Of a DNA stretch of 64,000 bases, positions 19,200 to 27,511 are shown in pieces. Each line of letters opens with the position of its first letter. Within the stretch, counting starts at the first letter, position 1. The stretch is from Gammaproteobacteria bacterium (GTDB lineage: Bacteria > Pseudomonadota > Gammaproteobacteria > Ga0077536). A program made the translations under genes and the position numbers. The stretch covers positions 450,905 to 514,904 of the forward strand of contig JACKNG010000001.1 of the NCBI GenBank assembly GCA_024235015.1, written 5' to 3'. The notes beneath the pieces were generated by a model. That model saw nothing but the letters and a program-made list of their open reading frames with translations, was not told where the DNA came from and ran no database searches.

Positions 19200-20045
19200 A
19201 TGAGCCATCACTACGACCACATCATCGTCGCGCCCTTGACCCCGGCCATCGGCGCCGTCGTCGACGGCGTCGACCTCGCGCGCCCGCTGGCCCCCGCCGT
19301 GTTGGACGAAATCCAGCATGCCTTCCACGAACGCCTGGTGCTGTTCTTCCGCGACCAGTCGCTGGCCCCGGAGCAACTGGTACGCTTCGCACGCAATTTC
19401 GGCGACATCGGCTACTACCCCTTCGTCGAGGGCATGGCCGGGCATCCCGAGGTCGTCGAGGTGGTCAAGAAAGAGGACGAGACCATCAACTTCGGGGGGC
19501 TGTGGCACACCGACACCGCCTACCTCGAACGTCCGCCGGCCGGCTCGGTCCTCTATGCCGTGACCGTGCCGCCCTACGGCGGCGATACCCTGTTCGCCAA
19601 CATGTACCTGGCCTACGACAGCCTCTCCGACGGCATGAAACGATTGCTGGAGGGCCTGCGCGGCGTCAACAGCGCGGAGAAGCCCGATGCCGCCGTCACC
19701 CGCGTCCACCGCATGGCCGACAAGCCGCGCGACGCCAGCGCCATCGTCACCACCGCCGCCCATCCGCTGGTGCGCACCCATCCCGTCACCGGGCGCAAGG
19801 CGCTGTACTGCTCGGATGCCCACACCACCCACATCGAGGGCATGAGCGTCGCGGAATCGCGCCCGCTGCTGCAATACCTCTACCGGGTGCAGCAGCGCGA
19901 GGAATTCGGCTGCCGGCTGCACTGGACGCCGGGCACGGTCGCGCTGTGGGACAACCGCTGCGCCCAGCACAACGCGCTGAACGACTACCACGGCCACTTG
20001 CGCGTGATGCATCGCGTCACGCTGGCCGGCGAGGTACCTTGCTAG
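19200..20045 (+). CDS. TauD/TfdA Fe(II)/2-oxoglutarate dioxygenase
   Basis: WHTDT (HxD), GGDTLFANMY, HPLVRTHP, WDNRCAQH. Confidence 0.92.
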   Translation: MSHHYDHIIVAPLTPAIGAVVDGVDLARPLAPAVLDEIQHAFHERLVLFFRDQSLAPEQLVRFARNFGDIGYYPFVEGMAGHPEVVEVVKKEDETINFGGLWHTDTAYLERPPAGSVLYAVTVPPYGGDTLFANMYLAYDSLSDGMKRLLEGLRGVNSAEKPDAAVTRVHRMADKPRDASAIVTTAAHPLVRTHPVTGRKALYCSDAHTTHIEGMSVAESRPLLQYLYRVQQREEFGCRLHWTPGTVALWDNRCAQHNALNDYHGHLRVMHRVTLAGEVPC

Positions 20046-20117
20046 GGTCCGTATTGCATCAATCGCAGCCTCCGACGCCGAGCCGCGCCGGGGCCCATCC
20101 CAGGGGAGAGCAACATC

Positions 20118-20798
20118 ATGAGCGAACGTTTTTTCACCGACGCGGAACTGCGCGAGATGGAGCGGCGCACGGTCGACCGCCTGACCGACGCCATCGAGGC
20201 CGGCGACAGCGACAAGGCCAAGAAGCTCGCCCGCCGCATGTACAACGAGTTCCTGTCCATGCACGACCTCTACCGCAACTGGATCACCGCGACCTTGAGC
20301 GAAGTCGGCCGGCGTTACGGTGACGAGGCGCTCGACGACGTCATGGTCGAGGGCGTGCGCGCCTGGTGGCAGCCGATCACGCGCGCCATGCCGCAGGACC
20401 CGGAGTCACTGCCGGCGCGCATCAAGATGTTCGCCGCTGGCCTGCACGGCCACCTGCAGCCGCTCGAGATCAGCGAGGACGACGACAAGATCGAGATCAA
20501 GATGTGCCCCTGTGGCAGCGGCGGGCGCCTGATCCAGGAAGGCAAGTACGAGGGCGACGAGGCCTTCCTCACCATCGAGAAAGGCCAGCGTATGACCTAC
20601 GGCCGCCCCGACTACCCGGTCTACTGCGCCCACGAGTACGCCATGGAACGGGTCGACATCGAGGAGAACGGCACACCGTTCGTCGTCGTCGAGCCGGCCG
20701 CCAGGCTCGGACGCGATCACTGCAAGATGGTCGTCTACAAGGATCCGGCCAAGATCCCGGCCGAGTACTACGAGCGCATCGGCCTGAAGAAGCCCTAG
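20118..20798 (+). CDS. Hypothetical protein with Cys/His motifs (V4R/ATC-hydrolase-like fold suspected)
   Basis: Strong GC3 codon bias and GGAGAG RBS; motifs MCPCGSGG, YCAHE, DHC. Confidence 0.75.
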   Translation: MSERFFTDAELREMERRTVDRLTDAIEAGDSDKAKKLARRMYNEFLSMHDLYRNWITATLSEVGRRYGDEALDDVMVEGVRAWWQPITRAMPQDPESLPARIKMFAAGLHGHLQPLEISEDDDKIEIKMCPCGSGGRLIQEGKYEGDEAFLTIEKGQRMTYGRPDYPVYCAHEYAMERVDIEENGTPFVVVEPAARLGRDHCKMVVYKDPAKIPAEYYERIGLKKP

Positions 20799-20847
20799 GC
20801 CACCGCCGTGCCGTCGCGCGGCGCGCCAGCGGCGGGCCGCGCGACCT

Positions 20848-21444
20848 TCAGGACGCGTCGAGCGCGGGCAGGCGCTGCTCGACGATGTCGGCAAAGCTCT
20901 GCAGCACGCGCAGGGTCAGGCCCCAGATCACGTGGTCGTCGAAGCGGATACCCGGGAAGCTGGCCCCACCCGGCGGGTATTCGATCTCGGTCACCGTGCT
21001 GTCGTCGAACAGGTGGGAAAGCGGCACCCAGAACACGCTGGCGACCTCGTGCGGCTGGCGCACCGTGGCCTGGGCCCGGGTTGCCCCACCGACGTGGTAG
21101 ACGAACGGCGACAGGGTCAGGCCGCCACGCACGTCCGGCCGCACCGGCAACGGCCCGACACGGTCGGCCGGACCGATGTGCAGGCCGATCTCCTCGAACG
21201 TCTCGCGCTCGGCGACGGCGTGGGCATCGGCATCGTGGATGCCGGCACGCCCACCGGGGAAGGCCACCTGCCCCGTCCAGGGGTCGCCCTTGCGCTCGGC
21301 GCGGCGGATGAAACAGACGTCGAGTTCGCGTGCGCCCGGCGACAGGATCATCGCCACCGAGGCGTGGCTGGGCGCGGGTTTGAAGGCGGCGGGGACGTGC
21401 TCCTGCGCGAGCAGGGCCGCGCGGATTTCTTCGAGGGTCAACAC
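20848..21444 (-). CDS. Nudix hydrolase, CoA pyrophosphatase type
   Basis: QVAFPGG, RETFEEIG, IWGLT motifs. Confidence 0.88.
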   Translation of the reverse strand: MLTLEEIRAALLAQEHVPAAFKPAPSHASVAMILSPGARELDVCFIRRAERKGDPWTGQVAFPGGRAGIHDADAHAVAERETFEEIGLHIGPADRVGPLPVRPDVRGGLTLSPFVYHVGGATRAQATVRQPHEVASVFWVPLSHLFDDSTVTEIEYPPGGASFPGIRFDDHVIWGLTLRVLQSFADIVEQRLPALDAS

Positions 21445-21520
21445 CGGGTAAGGTTCGCGATTCGCTGCCGCGGCGTCAAGCGCCCGCGCCGCGAACCGAG
21501 TCCAGCCACGAGGAGGAGCG

Positions 21521-21934
21521 ATGTCATTCCGCCACCAGATCCGCGTCCGCTACGGTGAGTGCGACCAGCAGGGTGTTGCCTTCAACGCCCACTACATGGC
21601 CTGGATGGACGACGCCACCGAGGTCTGGGTGCGCGGCATCAGCCCGGGCGGCGACTACCACGCCTTCGACTGGGAATGGATGGTGGTCAAGAGCGTGATC
21701 GAATGGCAGTCCTCGGCGCGCACCGCGGACCTGCTCGACATCGACGTCGGCGTGGTGCGCTGGGGGCGCAGCTCCTTCGATTTCGGCTTCGTCGGCTGCG
21801 TCGCCGGCCGCCCCGTGTTCAGCGGCCGCACCGTCGCGGTGAGCGTGAAGCCGGTGACCCTGGCGAAGATGGACACCCCCGCCGCGGTGCGCGAACTGCT
21901 GGGGCCGGCGTTGGACTGGGACGTGCCGGCCTAG
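21521..21934 (+). CDS. Acyl-CoA thioesterase (hotdog fold, 4HBT/YbgC-like)
   Basis: VRYGECDQQGVAFNAHYMAW; strong GAGGAG RBS. Confidence 0.88.
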   Translation: MSFRHQIRVRYGECDQQGVAFNAHYMAWMDDATEVWVRGISPGGDYHAFDWEWMVVKSVIEWQSSARTADLLDIDVGVVRWGRSSFDFGFVGCVAGRPVFSGRTVAVSVKPVTLAKMDTPAAVRELLGPALDWDVPA

Positions 21935-21947
21935 GACGGCGCATGCG

Positions 21948-21979
21948 GCGCGAATGGGCCGCGCGAATGGCGCGAATGG
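21948..21979 (+). repeat. Three direct copies of GCGCGAATGG leading into the family 1 repeat
   Basis: Copies at 21948-21957, 21961-21970 and 21970-21979; the last overlaps the left arm of the inverted repeat. Confidence 0.75.
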
Positions 21980-22049
21980 TGACAGTATACTTTTCGCATG
22001 CGCCGTGCCGTCGGCACGGCGTGAGTCAAAAGTATACTGTCACCATTCG
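21973..22049. repeat. REP/REPIN-like inverted repeat, family 1 copy 3, with nested hairpin
   Basis: Perfect 22-bp arms CGAATGGTGACAGTATACTTTT / AAAAGTATACTGTCACCATTCG enclosing a perfect 10-bp inner palindrome CGCCGTGCCG-t-CGGCACGGCG (22001-22021), between convergent genes. Confidence 0.92.
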
Positions 22050-22125
22050 TGCCAGCATTCGCGCAGCCGACGGCGCAACGCCGCGGACGGGCGTGGCAAC
22101 AGCTCTGCGCCCGTCCGTCAGAGCG

Positions 22126-23679
22126 TCAGACGATTCTCGAGTCGTGCTTGCCCCAGTAGCGGTCGCGCAGCAGGCGCTTGTACAGCTTGCCCGTCGGCAA
22201 CCGCGGCAACTCGTCTTCGAAGTCGATGCTGCGCGGGCACTTGATGTGTGACAGGTTGGCGCGGCAGAAGACGATCAGTTCCTGCTCGAGCGCCGCCCCC
22301 GGGGTTTCGCCCGGCATCACCTGGACCACCGCCTTGACCTCCTCGCCGAGGTCCTCGTTGGGCACGCCGAACACCGCGGCATCGGCCACCTTCGGATGGG
22401 TGATGAGCAGGTTCTCGGTCTCTTGCGGATAGATGTTGACGCCACCCGAAATGATCATGAAGGTCTTGCGATCCGTCAGGTAGAGGTAGCCCTCCTCGTC
22501 GACGTAGCCGACGTCGTTGACCGTGCACAACTCGCCATTGGACGAGCGTGACTCGGCCGTCTTGTCCGGGTTCTTGTAATACTCGAAGGGCGTGCCGCTC
22601 CGGAACCACAGCGTGCCCGGCTCTCCGGTCGGCACCGGCTGCATGTCGTCGTCGAGCACTTGCAGTTCACCGAGCATGATCTTGCCCACCGTGCCGGGGT
22701 GCGCCAGCCACTCCTCGGCGTTGCAGTAGGAGAAGCCGAGGCCCTCGGTGGCGCCGTAATACTCGTGGATGATCGGCCCCCACCAGTCGATCATGGCCTG
22801 CTTGACCTGCACCGGGCAGGGCGCGGCGGCGTGCACCACGTATTCCAGCGAGGACACGTCGTACTTGCTGCGCACCGCTTCCGGCAGCTTGAGCATGCGG
22901 CTGAACATGGTCGGCACGAGCTGGCTGTGGGTGACGCGGTACCTCTCGACCAGGGCGAGGTACTGCTCCGGGTCGAACTTCTCCATGATGATGCTGGTGC
23001 CGCCGACGCGGATGGTCAGGCTGACCGAGGCGTTCGGCGCCGAGTGGTAGAGCGGCGCCGGCGACAGGTAGACCATGTCCTCGCGGAACTGCCACAGATC
23101 GGTGAGGAACTGGTAGAGCAGCAGCGGCTCGCTCGGCGGCTGGTCGGGCAGCGGTCGCAGGATGCCCTTGGGACGCCCGGTCGTGCCCGAGGAGTACAGC
23201 ATCGACGTGCCCAGCCACTCGTCGCTGATGGGGGTGGCCGGGAAACGCGCCGTCGCCGCCTCGAAGTCGACCACCGCGCCCTCCGCGCCGTCGCCGCCGC
23301 CGACGACCAGGACCTGCTTGACCTGCGGGCACTGTTCGACCGCGGCCAGCGCCACCTCGCGCTTGGCCTGCGAGGTGATCAGCAACTGCGAGTCGCTGTC
23401 GTTGATGATGAAGGCGACCTCCTCGGGGGTGAGGTAGGAGTTGATGCAGGTGTAGTACAGGCCTGCCCGCGCCGCCGCCCCGCAGGCCTCGCAGTAGTGC
23501 GCGTTGTTCTCCATGAACACCGCGTAGTGATCGCGTTGACCGAGGCCGTGGCTGCGCAACAGGTGAGCGAGGCGGTTGGTGCGCGCCTCGTATTCGCCCC
23601 AGGTCACCACTTCGCCGGACCCGGCCATGATGAAACAGGCTTGATCGGCCTTGGCGGCCGCATGCTTGCCGGGATACAC
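22126..23679 (-). CDS. Acyl-CoA synthetase (AMP-binding)
   Basis: YSSGTTGRPKG, YYGATEG, DRKTFMIISGGVNIYP, PTGKLYK. Confidence 0.92.
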   Translation of the reverse strand: MYPGKHAAAKADQACFIMAGSGEVVTWGEYEARTNRLAHLLRSHGLGQRDHYAVFMENNAHYCEACGAAARAGLYYTCINSYLTPEEVAFIINDSDSQLLITSQAKREVALAAVEQCPQVKQVLVVGGGDGAEGAVVDFEAATARFPATPISDEWLGTSMLYSSGTTGRPKGILRPLPDQPPSEPLLLYQFLTDLWQFREDMVYLSPAPLYHSAPNASVSLTIRVGGTSIIMEKFDPEQYLALVERYRVTHSQLVPTMFSRMLKLPEAVRSKYDVSSLEYVVHAAAPCPVQVKQAMIDWWGPIIHEYYGATEGLGFSYCNAEEWLAHPGTVGKIMLGELQVLDDDMQPVPTGEPGTLWFRSGTPFEYYKNPDKTAESRSSNGELCTVNDVGYVDEEGYLYLTDRKTFMIISGGVNIYPQETENLLITHPKVADAAVFGVPNEDLGEEVKAVVQVMPGETPGAALEQELIVFCRANLSHIKCPRSIDFEDELPRLPTGKLYKRLLRDRYWGKHDSRIV

Positions 23680-23766
23680 GCGTGGTTCCCCCTCTTTATT
23701 CTTCCTTCGACGTGGTTGAATGCCCGTGGCCCGCCGTCCGCGTCAGCGCGACGCGGGCGCGGCGCT

Positions 23767-24630
23767 TCACACGTCCGAACGCTGCTCGATGTCGGCTAGC
23801 ACCGGTAACAGGTACTTCTTGAACTGGACCGGGTCCTCGGACATCGGGAAATGGCCCATGCCTTCCATCAGGGTATAGCTCGCCCCCGGCACGGCCTCGG
23901 CCAGAGCGCGGCAGGCTTCCGGGTAGGCCGACCAGTCATAGTCGCCGCTCAGCACGTAGAGCATGCATTTCGCGGTATCGATGCCGCCCGCCGCCTCGCG
24001 CAGGTCGTGTTCGAGCGCGTAGTACCAGAGGTCGCCGGAGAACACCGGCGGCGCACCCTGGCTGTAGGTCCACACCGTCTCGCGCACGCGCGCCTCGGGC
24101 GCGTTGGGCGAGCACAGCGAGAGCATCATGGCCGGCTTGGCGTCGTTCGACAGTCGTGGATGGCGCCACCATTGCTGCCACAGCCGGTCGAAGCCGCCGC
24201 TCCACATCGAGGCCTCGAGGCCGATGCAGGCGCGGAAGCTGTCGGCGTGATTGAGGGCCAGGTCGGCAGCGAGGTGGCCGCCCATCGAGCAACCCATGTA
24301 GACGGGGCGATCGAGTCCGAGCGTCTCGACCAGGCGTACCCAGTAGTTCATGAAGAAGGCCTGGGTGAGCTTGTACTCCTCCTCCCAGTAACGCTTGCCG
24401 TCCGGCGGCAGCGACTTGCCGTGATACGGCAGGTCGGCGGCGATGACGCGGAAGCGCGCGGTGATCTCGGGATCCTCGAGCAGGTGACGGTACTGGCGCC
24501 CGTCCGAGCCCGCGGTGTGCTGGCAGACCAGCGGGATGCCCTGCCCCGCTTCCTCGAAGTAGACGCGATACTCGAGGCCATCGAGATCGAGGTAGACGTA
24601 GCGGCCGGTGATGTCGGAATAACGTGCCAT
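23767..24630 (-). CDS. Alpha/beta-fold hydrolase
   Basis: EEAGQGIPLVCQHTAG, GCSMGG nucleophile elbow, GMGHFPM catalytic His. Start MARYSDITG. Confidence 0.87.
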   Translation of the reverse strand: MARYSDITGRYVYLDLDGLEYRVYFEEAGQGIPLVCQHTAGSDGRQYRHLLEDPEITARFRVIAADLPYHGKSLPPDGKRYWEEEYKLTQAFFMNYWVRLVETLGLDRPVYMGCSMGGHLAADLALNHADSFRACIGLEASMWSGGFDRLWQQWWRHPRLSNDAKPAMMLSLCSPNAPEARVRETVWTYSQGAPPVFSGDLWYYALEHDLREAAGGIDTAKCMLYVLSGDYDWSAYPEACRALAEAVPGASYTLMEGMGHFPMSEDPVQFKKYLLPVLADIEQRSDV

Positions 24631-24641
24631 GCCAACCCTCC

Positions 24642-25046
24642 TCATGCAGCCTGCGCGGCTTCGCGCACGCACAGGCCGAACACGGCGTGGATGCGGCGCA
24701 GCGCGTAATAGTAGGCGTAGGCCGCGCCCAGGTCCCCGCTCAACTCGAAACCGTGATGCAGGGTGGCGGCGAAGATGTCGTGGTAGAACGGCTTGGGATT
24801 CGCCTCCAGCAGCATCGGCCGCCAGGTCTCGAGCGCACCACCGACGTGGATGTCGTAGGGGTCGTAGCCCTGGCTGCCCGGGACGAAGCCGGTGACCCGG
24901 CCGTTCTCGATGTGCATGAAGTAGTCGTCGTCGCCGACGCGGTAGCGGATGTCGCAATTCCAGTAACGCGCCGTCAACGTGAACTCGGCATCGGCGTTCA
25001 ACCGTTCACGGATGGCGTCGACCGGCAGTCGCAGCGGGTCGCTCAT
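24642..25046 (-). CDS. Small hypothetical protein, SCP2-like fold suspected
   Basis: MSDPLRLPVDAIRERLNADAEF..; GGGGAGGA RBS; alpha-beta-beta-beta pattern; 11 nt upstream of the hydrolase. Confidence 0.7.
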   Translation of the reverse strand: MSDPLRLPVDAIRERLNADAEFTLTARYWNCDIRYRVGDDDYFMHIENGRVTGFVPGSQGYDPYDIHVGGALETWRPMLLEANPKPFYHDIFAATLHHGFELSGDLGAAYAYYYALRRIHAVFGLCVREAAQAA

Positions 25047-25102
25047 GTCTTCCTCCCCAGTGCTAGAGCGGCCCGGGCGCAGAGGTGCCGGGCCGCGGGC
25101 CG

Positions 25103-25750
25103 TCAGCCCTTCTGTTCCATGAAGGCCTGCAGCGCGGCCTGTTGATCGGCCATGACCTTGGCCCCTGCCGGGCGCGCATTGGTCTGCTCCAGTGCGGCCT
25201 TCAAACCCGGCACCGCTTCGACGATGTCCCAGCCGTAGACCGCCTGGCACACCGGCGCGGCGTAGATGAAGCTGTGCGCGGCGACGATGTCGGCGAGCGA
25301 GAACGCACCGCAGATGAAGGGCTTGAAGCTGCCCAGGGCCTGCAGCGCGGCGAGGCCGTTCTCGATGACCGGCTTGGCCTCGGCGACCGCGGTTTCATTG
25401 CGCTTCTCACCGAAGAAGATCTCGGCGTAGTGACGGCGCGCGGGCAGCTCGATGTAGAGTTCGACGATCTTGGCCACCTCGCGCACGCGGGCGGCGGCGA
25501 AGGCATCGCCGGGCACGAGCGCCGGGGTCGGCTTGAGGGCCTCGATGTAGTCGAGGATGACGTTGGTCTCGGCGAGGAAGCCCTGCTCGGTCTCGAAGCA
25601 CGGCACTTTGCCCATCGGGCTCTTGGCCTTGTAATCGGCCTCCTGGCTGGGCATGGCCTGCACTTCCTCGAACTCGAGACCCTTCTCGAGCAGGGCGAAC
25701 TTGACCATGTTGTAGTAATTGCTGACGGCGAAACCATGCAGCTTGATCAT
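25103..25750 (-). CDS. Glutathione S-transferase family protein
   Basis: SNYYNMVK, SPMGKVP, LAETNVILDYIE, FSLADI. Confidence 0.92.
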   Translation of the reverse strand: MIKLHGFAVSNYYNMVKFALLEKGLEFEEVQAMPSQEADYKAKSPMGKVPCFETEQGFLAETNVILDYIEALKPTPALVPGDAFAAARVREVAKIVELYIELPARRHYAEIFFGEKRNETAVAEAKPVIENGLAALQALGSFKPFICGAFSLADIVAAHSFIYAAPVCQAVYGWDIVEAVPGLKAALEQTNARPAGAKVMADQQAALQAFMEQKG

Positions 25751-25870
25751 GACGGGATCTCCTCCTCAGTTGTCGTACGGTGCGCCCGCACCGGCCCTGC
25801 CACGGTCGCGGCAGCAGCACGCGACGGCGGCGCGCGAACGCTCACCCGGCGGTGCCGCGGGGCGTCGCGT

Positions 25871-26731
25871 TCAGATGGCGCCGATGCTGCGCCCGATCGC
25901 CGCGTAGCGGTCGAGCCAGCGTAGCACAGTGTCGCGATCCTCGGTCGGGCAGCGCGGGATCGCGCGCTCGATGCAGCCGAGGTCGGCGAAGCGCCTGAGA
26001 TCGTCAGCCGAGGTCTCGAAGATGTCGAACATCGAGACCGGCACCTCGGCCGGATCGCGGCCGACCGCGCGCAGCCGCGCGTGCAGGTCGTCGAGGTCGG
26101 CGCGCAGGTCGCGATGGAAGCCGCCGACGGGGATCCAGCCGTCGCCGAACTCGGCCACCCGCTGGCGCCCCCAGCGCGAGGCGAAGGTGCCCAGGATGAC
26201 CGGGGGATGCGGCTTCTGCACCGGTTTCGGATACGACCACACGCGGTCGAAGTTCACCCATTCGCCGTGGAAACTCGCCTCGTCCTGCGTCCACAGCGCC
26301 TTCATGGCCTTGACGCGTTCTTCGAGGACCTGCCAGCGCTTGTCGTAGGGGGTGCCGTGATTCTCCATCTCCTCGCGGTTCCAACCGGCGCCGACGCCGA
26401 ACAGGAAACGTCCATCGGACAGCCGGTCGACCGTGGCCACGGTCTTGGCCAGGGCCAGCGGTTCGTGCTCGACCACCAGGCAGATACCGGTGCCGAGCTT
26501 GATGGTCTTGGTCACCACGGCCGCCGCGGCGCAGCTCGCGAAGGGGTCGGACATGTGCACGTACTCGCGCGGCAGCGGCCCATTGCCCGGCCACGGCGTC
26601 TCGCGGCTGGCCGGGATGTGGGTGTGTTCCGGGAACCACACCGACTCGAAGCCGCGTTCCTCGGCAGCGACCGCGAGTTCGTCGGCGCGGATCGAATACT
26701 CGGTGTTGAAACTCATCACGCCCAGCTTCAC
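25871..26731 (-). CDS. Luciferase-like (LLM) oxidoreductase, probable F420-dependent Rv2161c-type
   Basis: WFPEHTHIPASR, DPF, LAKTVATVDRLSDGRFLFGVGAGWN, SYPKPVQ. GTG start with GAGGAG RBS. Confidence 0.88.
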   Translation of the reverse strand: MKLGVMSFNTEYSIRADELAVAAEERGFESVWFPEHTHIPASRETPWPGNGPLPREYVHMSDPFASCAAAAVVTKTIKLGTGICLVVEHEPLALAKTVATVDRLSDGRFLFGVGAGWNREEMENHGTPYDKRWQVLEERVKAMKALWTQDEASFHGEWVNFDRVWSYPKPVQKPHPPVILGTFASRWGRQRVAEFGDGWIPVGGFHRDLRADLDDLHARLRAVGRDPAEVPVSMFDIFETSADDLRRFADLGCIERAIPRCPTEDRDTVLRWLDRYAAIGRSIGAI

Positions 26732-26884
26732 GTCGTCCTCCTCTCCTGCGAATCGACGCGCCATTGTGTGCCATCACCGGCGTCGGCGACAGCACCGGCA
26801 CCCGCACCATGACCGGCAAACGCGACGTGCGGAACCTACACTTGAGCGGAAAGGTCCACTTCAGTCCGCACCGAGGAGATCGCC

Positions 26885-27478
26885 ATGCCCACTTACACGC
26901 TCTCGCTGACCCCGCTCGACCTCGCCCCCGGCACGCCCATCCGCCAACCGCCGCGGCGCCCCCTGGAGACGGTTACCGCGGATTCACCCGCCATCGTGGT
27001 GATGACCGACCTCAGGCAGACCCGTCCGGTTACCGTCGCCCCACAGACCACGGTGGGCACGGCGCTGTCGATCATGATCCACGCCAACGTGCGCCTGCTG
27101 CTGGTGCTCGACGCCGAGCACGCCATCTGCGGCCTGGTCGCGGCACGCGACCTCGGCGGCGAACGGCCGCTGCGTGTCGCGACCGAAGCACGCATCCCCT
27201 ACGACCAGGTCACCGTGGGCCACGTCATGACCGGGGTGGACGAAATGCGCCCGCTCGGCCTCGCCCAGGTCCGCACGGCCAGCGTGCGTGACGTGGTGCG
27301 CCACCTGGCGACGAGCAAGCGCCAGCACGCGCTGGTCCTGGAAGGCAGCGAGGAGATCGGCTACGTCGCGCGCGGCATCCTTTCGGCGACCCAGATCGGG
27401 CGCCAGCTGGGGCAGGAAGTCGCCGTCGACGACGGCTCGGTGAACAGCTTCGCGGAACTCGAACGGCTCATCGCCTGA
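26885..27478 (+). CDS. CBS domain-containing protein
   Basis: SPAIVVMTDL, VRLLLV, VGHVMT, RGILSATQIGRQLG. GAGGAG RBS. Confidence 0.8.
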   Translation: MPTYTLSLTPLDLAPGTPIRQPPRRPLETVTADSPAIVVMTDLRQTRPVTVAPQTTVGTALSIMIHANVRLLLVLDAEHAICGLVAARDLGGERPLRVATEARIPYDQVTVGHVMTGVDEMRPLGLAQVRTASVRDVVRHLATSKRQHALVLEGSEEIGYVARGILSATQIGRQLGQEVAVDDGSVNSFAELERLIA

Positions 27479-27479
27479 G

Positions 27480-27499
27480 CGCCGCCGCGCGCGGCGGCG
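27480..27499. terminator. Perfect 20-bp GC palindrome between convergent genes (possible terminator)
   Basis: CGCCGCCGCG|CGCGGCGGCG immediately after the CBS gene stop. No U-tract. Confidence 0.35.
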
Positions 27500-27511
27500 T
27501 CGCCGCGTCGC

